A stretch of DNA of 64,000 nt from a candidate division WOR-3 bacterium. Its GTDB lineage: Bacteria > Hydrothermota > Tepidihabitantia > Tepidihabitantales > Tepidihabitantaceae. Both the position numbers and the translations under genes were made by a program. The stretch spans positions 1 through 64,000 of the forward strand of contig CBFGKH010000004.1 in assembly GCA_965649295.1 (NCBI GenBank), given 5' to 3'. Positions within the stretch are counted from its first letter, which is position 1. The number at the start of each line of letters is the position of its first letter. This document shows, in pieces, positions 47,556-56,808 of this stretch. A model generated the notes under the pieces. It was given only the letters and a program-made list of their open reading frames with translations. It searched no databases and was not told where the DNA came from.

Positions 47556-48240
47556 CGCGCACCACCCTGCCAGCATCGAGTGTTACCCGTCGCCGCCGGG
47601 TCCTCTCGGCCAAATCAGCATCATGGGTTGCCATGATCACGGTTGCACCGGCGTAGTTGATATCCTTGAGGATATTGAGAATGTCGGCTGCCGCCTTAGG
47701 ATCAATGTTGCCGGTTGGTTCATCCGCTAAGAGCAGCTCAGGTTCCTTGACCAACGCTCGGGCGATTGCTGCCTTCTGCTGTTCGCCGCCGGAGAGCTCG
47801 TGGGGAAAGTTGTCTTTCTTGTGAACCAGTCCAAGCCGCGTCAGCGTACCTTGAATCCGGCCCGGTATCTGCTCTGCCGGCGTGCCAATTACCCGCAATA
47901 CAAACTCGAGGTTCTCATAAACCGTCCGTTCCGCCAGCAGCCGAAAGTCCTGAAAAACAATCCCGATCCGACGACGCAGTTTGGGCACGTCACCCGGTCC
48001 AAGCTGATTTACGTTCATCCCCAGCACCCACACCTCACCAGCATCAGCTATGTCCTGTCGATAGAGCAGACGTAGCAACGTTGTCTTGCCAGCACCGGTC
48101 GCACCCAACAGAAACACGAAGTCACCCTTGTCCACTACAAAACTTACATCGGTCAGAGCCGGCCAGGCGCCACCATAGAGGCGTGAGACCCCTATGAGCT
48201 CAACTGCCCGAATAGTCTCTTCACCGGCAACCTTTGTCAT
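47545..48240 (-). CDS. ftsE: Cell division ATP-binding protein FtsE
   Basis: GATGAGKTT, LRRRIGIVFQDFRLL, LSGGEQQ, LADEPTGNID. Confidence 0.92.
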   Translation of the reverse strand: MTKVAGEETIRAVELIGVSRLYGGAWPALTDVSFVVDKGDFVFLLGATGAGKTTLLRLLYRQDIADAGEVWVLGMNVNQLGPGDVPKLRRRIGIVFQDFRLLAERTVYENLEFVLRVIGTPAEQIPGRIQGTLTRLGLVHKKDNFPHELSGGEQQKAAIARALVKEPELLLADEPTGNIDPKAAADILNILKDINYAGATVIMATHDADLAERTRRRRVTLDAGRVVRDEG

Positions 48241-48261
48241 CAGTAGCTCACCCTCACCCTT

Positions 48262-48921
48262 TCATCGGAAATACCACTTGAGCAAATACCAGCAGGCCAT
48301 AATTCCGTCTCGCGGACCAATCTTCTTGCCCTCAGTGCGGGCGTTATACCGGATTGGCCGCTCAACAATCCTGGCTCGTTTACGCAGCAACTTCACAGTT
48401 ATCTCTGGCTCGATCTCGAAACGGCTAGCAGTCAGCTCAAGACTCTGAAAAAGCGGTCGGCGAATGACCTTATAGCAAGTCTCCATATCAGTAATCCGGC
48501 CGCCAAACAGAATGTCAGTCCAGAATGTCAAGAAGTAGTTGGCCAGCCGACTTAGCAACAGAAACCGACCTCGCCCACGAAAACGCGAGCCGTAAACCGC
48601 ATCCACGTGCGGATCGGCAAACGGCGCAAGCAGCTTCGGATAATCGTCCGGATCGTATTCAAGATCAGCATCCTGAATCACCACCACGTCACCGGTCGCA
48701 TGCTTCAGCGCGGTGCGGATTGCTGCACCTTTGCCTTGATTAGTCGAATGAGCAAACACCCTGATTCCCGGTATTCGCTTCAGCACCTCAAGGGTTCGGT
48801 CCTGCGAATGATCGTCAACAACGATTATCTCTTTGTCAACTGGCACGGCCTTGACGCGGGCAATTAGCTGCTCAACCGAAGCTTCCTCGTTATACACCGG
48901 GATGAGGACCGACAGTTTCAC
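48262..48921 (-). CDS. Glycosyltransferase family 2 (DPM1-like)
   Basis: LSVLIPVYNEE, VDD.S.D, NQGKGAA, QDADLEYDP, GSRF, DMETCYK. Confidence 0.92.
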   Translation of the reverse strand: MKLSVLIPVYNEEASVEQLIARVKAVPVDKEIIVVDDHSQDRTLEVLKRIPGIRVFAHSTNQGKGAAIRTALKHATGDVVVIQDADLEYDPDDYPKLLAPFADPHVDAVYGSRFRGRGRFLLLSRLANYFLTFWTDILFGGRITDMETCYKVIRRPLFQSLELTASRFEIEPEITVKLLRKRARIVERPIRYNARTEGKKIGPRDGIMACWYLLKWYFR

Positions 48922-49889
48922 GCCCCACCTACTGTTGCTGCCACTGCCACTCCGGTGAACGATTCCTGATTTCGGACCGCCGTTCGATCAGCCTCTACCC
49001 AGCCACCACGGCCCGCTGCCGAGCGGGCCAGTGCGACAAGCCAACGACTGACTGCTAACCCCAATTCGCCGTCACTTACTGGCCTTGTGCGCCCAAGACA
49101 GCAACGACAGAAATCGAGCACCTGCCTGCCCAGCGGTTGTTCACTAATCAATTCCTCGTCAGTTCGGTCGCTGTGCCCGCCACCTCCATCAACGAACACG
49201 ACCGTTCCTGCACTACCGACAACCCGCAGTCGCCTGACGACTGACGCCGTCTGCCACGCAGCCCAGCCTGTCGCAGTCGCGCCATCGTCAAACTGAAGCT
49301 GATATGACACCGCTCCGGGCCGCAGCTTGGCCCGCCCTGCTCGTGGCTCAGATTTTAGCCTGATTGCCATTGCGAGGTCATGCACGACGAGGTCAGCAAT
49401 CACGTCAGTCTTGTCGCTGACTTGCCCGGTTGAACTCCTTGCCATTACTAGTCGCCTAATCCTGCCCAGCGCACCCGCAGCGCAGGCCGCCTGCAACCGG
49501 GCAAACTCAGGATGGTAGAGCATTGTAAACCCAACCGCCAGCACCAGCCCGCGCTCACGGGCTAACCAGACGAGTCGCTGCGCCTCAACCAAATCCAGAG
49601 CCAGCGGCTTCTCCACCAGTACATCCCTACCCGCTGCCAACGCCGCCGCTGCAATCTGATAGTGAGTCTCGCTCGGCGTCGCCACTATCACTGACTGTAC
49701 TGCTGGTAGCTCAAGCAGCTCGTGCACCGTCCGAACCCTAATCGGTACGCTAACCGCCTGAGCCAAAGCGCCCGGGTCCTTGTCGGCAACCGCTACCAGC
49801 CGACACGCCGGCAGACCAGCGATTGTCCGATAGTAATTCCGCCCCCACCGTCCTAGACCGACCAGACCGATTCCAGTCCTCTCCGCCAT
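48918..49889 (-). CDS. Gfo/Idh/MocA family oxidoreductase
   Basis: GLGRWG, VATP..TH, VEKPLA, DL.VHD. Confidence 0.88.
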   Translation of the reverse strand: MAERTGIGLVGLGRWGRNYYRTIAGLPACRLVAVADKDPGALAQAVSVPIRVRTVHELLELPAVQSVIVATPSETHYQIAAAALAAGRDVLVEKPLALDLVEAQRLVWLARERGLVLAVGFTMLYHPEFARLQAACAAGALGRIRRLVMARSSTGQVSDKTDVIADLVVHDLAMAIRLKSEPRAGRAKLRPGAVSYQLQFDDGATATGWAAWQTASVVRRLRVVGSAGTVVFVDGGGGHSDRTDEELISEQPLGRQVLDFCRCCLGRTRPVSDGELGLAVSRWLVALARSAAGRGGWVEADRTAVRNQESFTGVAVAATVGGA

Positions 49890-50911
49890 CAGCTAGCCTG
49901 CTCTCGAAACCACTCAATCGTCATGGCCAAACCGTCAGCGAGTCGCACCTGCGGCCGCCAGCCGAGCAAACGCCGTGCCCGGCTGATATCTGGCCTTCTC
50001 CTTTTGGGGTCATTCTCCGGTAGCGGCTCGAACCGCAGCCCGCTCCTCGTCCCGGTCAGTTTCTGCACTAGTCGAGCAAACTCCAGAATTGTGAACTCAT
50101 CCGGGTTACCAAGATTGACCGGCCCAGGTTCAGAGCAGCCAGCAAGTCGATAGAGTCCTTCAACGAGGTCGCTGACATAGCAGAAGCTTCTCGTCTGCCG
50201 TCCCGAGCCGTAGATTGAGAGCGGCTGACCGTGTAGTGCCTGATAAATCAAGTTCGGTACAACCCGACCGTCGTCCAGTTTCATCCGTGGCCCATAGGTA
50301 TTGAAAATCCGTGCAATTCTGGTCGCGAGACCAAACTTACGGTGGTAGGCCATCGTCAGCGCCTCAGCATAGCGCTTCGCCTCGTCATAAACCGACCTGC
50401 CGCCAACCGGATTGACATTGCCCCAGTAACTTTCTTTCTGCGGATGCTCGAGCGGATCGCCATAGACCTCAGACGTTGAAGCCATCACAAAAACTGCCTT
50501 ATGACGGCAAGCTAGGTCAAGTAGATTCCGGGTGCCCAGCGCGCCCACCATCAACGTCTCCAGCGGATAGGCATAGTAGTCTTTCGGCGAGGCCGGCGAC
50601 GCCAGATTCCAGACTACGTCAACGCGACCACGGACCGAGACCGACTGGGTGATGTCGGCGCGAATGAACTCAAAGCCTCGCTGCCCCAGTAGCGACCGGA
50701 TGTTCGCCTCACTACCGGTCAGCAGGTTGTCAACGCATACGACTCGAAACCCTCGCCGAAGCAGATACTCGCAAAGGTGCGAACCGATGAATCCTGCCCC
50801 GCCTGCTACTACCGCTCGCATTGGCGTTGGCGACTGCCGAACTCCCAAACTGCTCACCGACGATTGACACTTCTGCCCGGCTCGCGACGAGCCGCGCTTA
50901 GTCTGGTTCAT
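49889..50911 (-). CDS. UDP-glucuronate decarboxylase-like SDR; start may be 50821
   Basis: [50 protein letters not shown]. Confidence 0.92.
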   Translation of the reverse strand: MNQTKRGSSRAGQKCQSSVSSLGVRQSPTPMRAVVAGGAGFIGSHLCEYLLRRGFRVVCVDNLLTGSEANIRSLLGQRGFEFIRADITQSVSVRGRVDVVWNLASPASPKDYYAYPLETLMVGALGTRNLLDLACRHKAVFVMASTSEVYGDPLEHPQKESYWGNVNPVGGRSVYDEAKRYAEALTMAYHRKFGLATRIARIFNTYGPRMKLDDGRVVPNLIYQALHGQPLSIYGSGRQTRSFCYVSDLVEGLYRLAGCSEPGPVNLGNPDEFTILEFARLVQKLTGTRSGLRFEPLPENDPKRRRPDISRARRLLGWRPQVRLADGLAMTIEWFREQAS

Positions 50912-50981
50912 CCGCGCCTCATCCTACTCTTGGCAACAGTTCTCAATTCGGCACTCGCGTCGCCGGTTCTTGGCCGGTCAG

Positions 50982-52271
50982 TTAGCGGCCGACTCCGATA
51001 TAGGTAAATCCGGCCTGCTCAACCTCGCTCCGCTCAAAGAGGTTGCGACCGTCGCAGATAATCGGTAGCCGCATGCGCCGTTTCAGCTCGCCCAGGTCGA
51101 GCTTGCGAAACTCCGGCCACTCAGTAAGGATTGCCAGCAGATCGGCACCGTCTGCGACATCGAGCGCTGTCTTACAGAACTCAATTCCAGGAATCACCTT
51201 CTTCGCCCGTTCCATCGCCTGCGGGTCAAAAGCTCTGACCAGCGCGCCCTCGCGCACCAGCTCAGCAATAATATCAATTGACGGAGCGAACCGCATATCA
51301 TCAGTATTAGGCTTGAATGCCAGGCCCAGTACACCAATCCGCTTGCCACGCAGATTCCAGAGCACCGACTGAATTTTACGACAGAACCGCCGTTTCATAT
51401 CCTCATTCACAGCTGCGACCTCTTTCAGCAACCGAAAGTCGTAGCCAAGCTGCTGGGCAATGGCAATAAACGCAGCCAAGTCCTTCGGAAAGCAGAATCC
51501 GCCATAGCCGATGCCAGCCTCCAGAAACGCCGGTCCGATGCGCTTGTCCATCCCCATCCCTCGCGTCACCTGCCGCACATCGGCACCAGCCGCCTCACAG
51601 ACAATCGAGAGGGCATTAGCAAAAGAGATCTTCATCGACAGAAAGGCATTGGACGCGTGCTTGATCAACTCGGCAGACGCAATGTCAGTGAAGATAATCG
51701 GAGCATCAATCGGTGCATAGATCTCCTGCATAATCTGCCGCGCCCGTTCGGTTTCGCAACCAACTACAATCCGGTCTGGCTTGAGGAAATCATCAACTGC
51801 TGAACCCTCACGCAGAAACTCGGGATTCGAAGCGACATCAAACGGCGTCTTTTCTCGGTTATATCGCTCAATCGTCGTCCTCACCCATTTACCGGTCTGC
51901 ACCGGCACCGTTGACTTCTCAACAACCAAATGGTAGTCCTGCATTGACTCGGCGATATCACGAGCTACATGCTCAACATAGACCAGGTCCGGCTCACCGG
52001 TCTCACGTGGTGGAGTTCCAACCGCAATAAAACAGACCGTTGAGTCACGCACCGCCGCTTTGATATCGGTTGTAAAGCTCAGTCGGCCCGCCTTGCGAGA
52101 TTCAGCGATGATTTCCGCAAGCCCTGACTCATAGATGGGCATCTCACCTCTTTCAAGCATCGCAATCTTTTCCGCGTCATTGTCCACGCAGTGAACATGA
52201 TGCCCAATCTTAGCCAGACAGGCCCCTGAAGTTAGGCCGACATAACCCGTACCAATCATCGCAATTCTCAT
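50982..52271 (-). CDS. ugd: UDP-glucose 6-dehydrogenase
   Basis: GTGYVG, KSTVP, SNPEFLREG, GYGGFCFPKD, LGLAFKPNTDDMR. Confidence 0.95.
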   Translation of the reverse strand: MRIAMIGTGYVGLTSGACLAKIGHHVHCVDNDAEKIAMLERGEMPIYESGLAEIIAESRKAGRLSFTTDIKAAVRDSTVCFIAVGTPPRETGEPDLVYVEHVARDIAESMQDYHLVVEKSTVPVQTGKWVRTTIERYNREKTPFDVASNPEFLREGSAVDDFLKPDRIVVGCETERARQIMQEIYAPIDAPIIFTDIASAELIKHASNAFLSMKISFANALSIVCEAAGADVRQVTRGMGMDKRIGPAFLEAGIGYGGFCFPKDLAAFIAIAQQLGYDFRLLKEVAAVNEDMKRRFCRKIQSVLWNLRGKRIGVLGLAFKPNTDDMRFAPSIDIIAELVREGALVRAFDPQAMERAKKVIPGIEFCKTALDVADGADLLAILTEWPEFRKLDLGELKRRMRLPIICDGRNLFERSEVEQAGFTYIGVGR

Positions 52272-52980
52272 AGTCCGTAAGCTTATTTCTCTGCCCTGCC
52301 AAGTCAAGCTACCAAAAGACAATTCCTTGCAGCGGCTGTGCCGACCGAGCGTCACGACCAGTGCTTCTCCCGCCTTCCCGCAGACGAACACAACGATAGC
52401 AGCCTTGAGACCATCTCCTAGACCTCAGCTAGAAGTTCTATCGGTAATCTTGGTGGCTCAGCTACAATTGCTTTTGGAATCCGGTTCGGATGCAGGCAAA
52501 CAAACAGGTCACCAAGGAGTCTAAGCAACAACCGCGGAATCCGGTTCGAAACAAGCCTGGATGACAGGGCCCGGAGCCTTGTGCCCAGCGCTTATCCTGA
52601 CAGCCATGGTAACTATCCCGGGAGTGGTCCCCCAAAAAACGATTGTTACGCTCAACTTATTGTCCGTCCGCAACTTCAGCCCCAATCGAACCTCAGTAGT
52701 CTGTATACTACAAAGTACACAACCTCAGTTCGCCCAAACCTTATCAATTGGTCGTACGATCAGACTGTTTGCGCACTTCGATTTGTCAGCGCATATAACT
52801 ATTCGGTGAAGCTATTTCGGATTACTGGGTATGCCACTCGAACCAACAGTCCGGCTACTGCTTGCTGCCTGCCTCTCAGCAACTCGGTCACTATCCGCCG
52901 AGCTTATCAAATTTACTGCCAGCCACTCATCACAACCGCCCGTCCCTTGCGCCGCCGTCTGACCAAGCTATGATTCCTGC

Positions 52981-53334
52981 GTGGATGAACTGCTTGAACG
53001 CGACCCCCGCTATCGACTCGAGGCCTATCTCTTTGTCCACGCTGCCCTACCGCGAGCCCAGCAGATTGCCAAGAAGGCCAAACACGTCACCGGCCCTGAA
53101 CTACTTGAAGGCATCCGCCAACTGGCGCTCGAGCAGTTCGGTCTTCTGGCTAAGGCGGTGCTTAATTCTTGGGGTGTTTACACCACTGATGACTTCGGCA
53201 ACATCGTGTTCAACTTGGTGAATGCTGGATTCCTGAGCAAGACTGAAGAAGACCGAATTGAGGACTTCCATGCGGTCTACGACTTTGATGAAGTCTTTGT
53301 CCAAGGCTACTCATTCGGTCCCGATGTTGGCTGA
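52981..53334 (+). CDS. Minf_1886-like conserved hypothetical protein
   Basis: DPRY..EAY.FV, HVTGPELLEG, FG.LA..VL..WG...T.DFGNIVFNLV. Confidence 0.8.
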   Translation: MDELLERDPRYRLEAYLFVHAALPRAQQIAKKAKHVTGPELLEGIRQLALEQFGLLAKAVLNSWGVYTTDDFGNIVFNLVNAGFLSKTEEDRIEDFHAVYDFDEVFVQGYSFGPDVG

Positions 53335-55321
53335 TTTTTCGGCAAGCAGGATATTTGGACCAGATGGCAAGCTCGCTGCTACCCTGCCCGACTTCGAATA
53401 CCGTCAGGAGCAAGAGACGATGGCTGCTGCAGTCTGGCAAACGCTCTGCAACGGGAACAAGCTAGCAATCGAAGCTGGCACCGGCGTGGGCAAGAGTCTT
53501 GCCTACCTTGTCCCAGCCGCTATCTGGGCAACTCGCCAGCGCCGAAGGGTTGTCGTATCAACCTACACCCGTCTGCTCCAGTATCAACTTCTCTCCCGCG
53601 ATGTACCGCTGGCGCTATCGGTCGTTGACGACCCGCCACCGGTAAGCATTGCCTATGGCCAAGACAACTACCTGTGTCAGTTTCGACTCAAGACCCAACT
53701 GGGCCGTGGGCTGTTCGACTCCCGTGAGGAAGCGGTCAGGGTCGAGCAGCTAATCAAGTGGGCGACTGCGACGAGGAATGGAATCATCCTCAACTATCCA
53801 GACATCCTCCCGCCGTCAATCCAGCGCCGTGTGACCCGCGACTCAGGTGCCTGCCGTCGCGAGCGTTGTCCCTATCGGCAGAGCTGCTGGTACTGGCAGG
53901 CCCGCGCAGAGTGGGATAGGTCCGGCATCATAATCACCAACCACTCGCTCTACTTCGCCAGCGTCGTCGGGTCAACCGACATATTGCCGGAACACGCAGC
54001 AGTCATCTTCGACGAAGCTCACCGACTCGAAGAGGCCTGTGTCCGTCACTTTGGCACGGACCTGTCGCAGCGCGCAGTTGAACAGTTGCTCGACGATATC
54101 TCCGCTCCGGGTCAGGCCGGACTTTCAAGACTATTACCAACACAATCAGCCCTACGCCGCGACATCGATGCTACGGTCGTCGAAAGCCGTAAGGCGACCC
54201 AGCGTTTCTTTCTCGAAGCCGCCACCCACCTACCTCAAGGCCAAGAACGCACTCGCTTGAGCCAACCGCTTGCCAGTGATGAACCAGGCCAGGCTATCGG
54301 CCGACTGGCAGCACTATTGACCGAAGCTGCCTCCAAGCTTGATGATGAACTGCTGGCTGCCGAGTTCGCCGGTGTTGCCCGTCGGCTGAACGCAACTGCC
54401 GCCGCCTTTGCTGCCTTTGCGTCGTTCGATACTGAGAACTCGGTCTACTGGGCTGACGCGGGCGCGCCAGAAAACCTCGCCTTTGTTTCGGCACCACTCA
54501 ACGTTGCGCCAATGCTCAAGTCTCACGTTTACGACCGAGAAATGCCGACAATCCTGACCTCAGCCACGCTGACTGTTGCTGGAAGCTTCGATTTCTTTCA
54601 ATCCCGACTCGGAGTTACCGAATTCCAACAGATTCGTCTTGACTCCCCCTTCGACTACACCCGGAACAGCCTGCTCTTCATTCCTTCCCGCATACCGCCA
54701 CCCACAAGTGGCACCGCCTTCATCTGCGCCGCTGCTAAGACGATCAAAAGAATCCTGGACTGCTCGGACGGTCGCGCCATGGTTCTATTTACAAGCTACG
54801 ATATGCTCAACGCTGTTCGCACCCTGATGCCAAAAACTAAGTACGCGGTGCTTTGCCAGGGCGAACAGCCAACCAACCGACTGCTCGCCGAGTTCCAACA
54901 GGATATCCATTCAGTGCTCTTTGCGACCCAATCGTTCTGGCAGGGAGTAGATGTGCCGGGAGAATCGCTGTCGTGCCTGATTATCTGCCGGCTGCCGTTC
55001 GAAGTCCCTGACGACCCGCGTCTTACAGCGATTGCCGAGAAACTAAAACAGGAGGGTGTTGATCCATTCACTGTATACCAATTACCGACCGCGGCACTCC
55101 GTTTCCGTCAGGGATTCGGTCGCCTCATTCGCTCAACGACCGACCGCGGTGTTGTCTGTGTGCTTGACCGCAGGATTACCGATCGGCCTTACGGTCGGGT
55201 ATTTCTAAACTCGCTACCACCAGGAATACCTGTCACGTTCAACCTCACTGATGTCCGAGACTTCTTTCGGTACCCCGACCGTTTGACCAAGACCGTCGAC
55301 CATCTGACTGGCCAGGATTGA
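53324..55321 (+). CDS. dinG: DinG family ATP-dependent DNA helicase (Fe-S)
   Basis: EAGTGVGKS, Fe-S Cys cluster, DEAH, TSATL, FWQGVDVPG, QGFGRLIR. Confidence 0.92.
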   Translation: MLADFSASRIFGPDGKLAATLPDFEYRQEQETMAAAVWQTLCNGNKLAIEAGTGVGKSLAYLVPAAIWATRQRRRVVVSTYTRLLQYQLLSRDVPLALSVVDDPPPVSIAYGQDNYLCQFRLKTQLGRGLFDSREEAVRVEQLIKWATATRNGIILNYPDILPPSIQRRVTRDSGACRRERCPYRQSCWYWQARAEWDRSGIIITNHSLYFASVVGSTDILPEHAAVIFDEAHRLEEACVRHFGTDLSQRAVEQLLDDISAPGQAGLSRLLPTQSALRRDIDATVVESRKATQRFFLEAATHLPQGQERTRLSQPLASDEPGQAIGRLAALLTEAASKLDDELLAAEFAGVARRLNATAAAFAAFASFDTENSVYWADAGAPENLAFVSAPLNVAPMLKSHVYDREMPTILTSATLTVAGSFDFFQSRLGVTEFQQIRLDSPFDYTRNSLLFIPSRIPPPTSGTAFICAAAKTIKRILDCSDGRAMVLFTSYDMLNAVRTLMPKTKYAVLCQGEQPTNRLLAEFQQDIHSVLFATQSFWQGVDVPGESLSCLIICRLPFEVPDDPRLTAIAEKLKQEGVDPFTVYQLPTAALRFRQGFGRLIRSTTDRGVVCVLDRRITDRPYGRVFLNSLPPGIPVTFNLTDVRDFFRYPDRLTKTVDHLTGQD

Positions 55322-55357
55322 CGTTGACAGTCAATGCCCGGCTGTCGATACTTTCAT

Positions 55358-56761
55358 GTGTCCATTCTCGGCCACCTGCTACTAGGCGTTAGCCTCGTTG
55401 GTGCCTGGTCAATCTTATCAGACGCACCGTTTGACCAGCAGGCTCCAACAATCGCCACGACCGCCACCGGTTTTGTCGTCGCCTGGCAGGACAATCGCAA
55501 CCTGTCCCAGAATCAGCCACAGCAAATCTATGCCTGCCGCCTCGACAATAGCGGGCGGCTCATTGACACTGCCGGGATTCGGCTCTCGTCAGACAGCGAA
55601 GCAGACGACGCCGGACCAAAGGTCTCAGCTAGCGACAGCCACTGCCTTGTCATCTGGCATCGCGGTTGCTGATTCAACCGCGATGTGCTCGGTGCCCGGG
55701 TGGCACCAGACGGAAACCCTGGCCCCACGATAATTATCAATAGCCAGCGTCAGGACCAATTCGTCACCAGCCTGGCATGGAACGGCGCCCAATACCTAGT
55801 CGCTTGGCAAGATCGCCGCTGGAGCCCAATGCGGATTGCTGTCACCCGCTTGACGCCTGACGGTACAGTCCTCGACACGGTCGGCTTGCCGCTGAACGGA
55901 CAGGACACCCTGGCCCTCCAGACCGGCCCAGCAGTGACCAGCAACGGGACTGACTGGCTGGTCACCTGGCTCTCGGACGGGCTTGACGTCTGTGCATTGC
56001 GGATTGCCGCCAACGGCACCCAGCTCGATAGCACTGTTCTTTCTCTTGCTCCTGGCCAGCCGTTCGAATACGCTGTTGCCGCTGCAGCCGACAACAATAA
56101 CTATCTCGTGGTCTGGGCTGGCGACTCGCCTTCTGGCCGCGGCTCGGACTTACTCGGTATTCGCCTCGCGCCTGATGGCACAGTTCTCGACCCTGAACCA
56201 TTCGTGATTGCCAGCCATCAGGCCGAACTGAGCTCGCCGGCAGTTGCCTACGCTGACGGTCTCTATCTTGTAGTTTGGACTGACTGGCAGGTTGACGGCG
56301 ACATCTGTGCCAGCCGTGTGCTGCCATCAGGAATCGTGCTTGACCCTGACGGCTTTACGGTCTGTGCTGACATAGGTGTCCAGCGCCATCCGGCCGTAGC
56401 TGCCGGACACGGCCGTTTTGTTGTTGTCTGGTCTGGAGTCGGCGCTGATTCTAGCTACGACATCTATGCTGCTGTTCTCGACAGCCTCAATCCGACCGCC
56501 CTGAACAGGGAACCTCAAGAGCCGCGGACATTACTTGCATCACTCGTCAGCCCATTACGTGTCGGCAGGCCGATCACACTCTCTGCCATATTGCCTTGCT
56601 CGATCCAACTCCACCTCTTGGATAGCAATGGTCGTGTTGTCCGCAGCGCAGCCAGCTCGAACAACCTTATCGATACCGAGGGCCTGCCCCCCGGCGTCTA
56701 CTTTCTCATCCTGGCAGGAGGCAAAAAGACTGCCGCCACTCGGGTTCTTCTCATCAAGTAG
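55358..56761 (+). CDS. Secreted repeat protein with T9SS-like CTD, interrupted by in-frame TGA at 55670-55672 (possible selenocysteine, readthrough or pseudogene)
   Basis: ORFs 55334-55672 and 55685-56761 are in the same frame and share the repeat (P.VA....YLVVW.D....DI...R....G..LD); signal peptide in the first part, LPPGVYFL CTD in the second. Confidence 0.75.
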
Positions 56762-56808
56762 CTTCTGGCAAGACTTGTCCCATCCGAGTCGAGTCGCTAT
56801 AGTAACTA

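Noticed and set aside
52561..52973. Short ORFs in the ugd-Minf_1886 gap
   Set aside because: No SD, no recognisable motifs, atypical composition
55670..55672. Genome-wide UGA reassignment (genetic code 4 or 25)
   Set aside because: Many clearly complete genes here end in TGA (e.g. 6539, 14079, 36846, 55321) and no other gene shows internal TGA, so any recoding is site-specific
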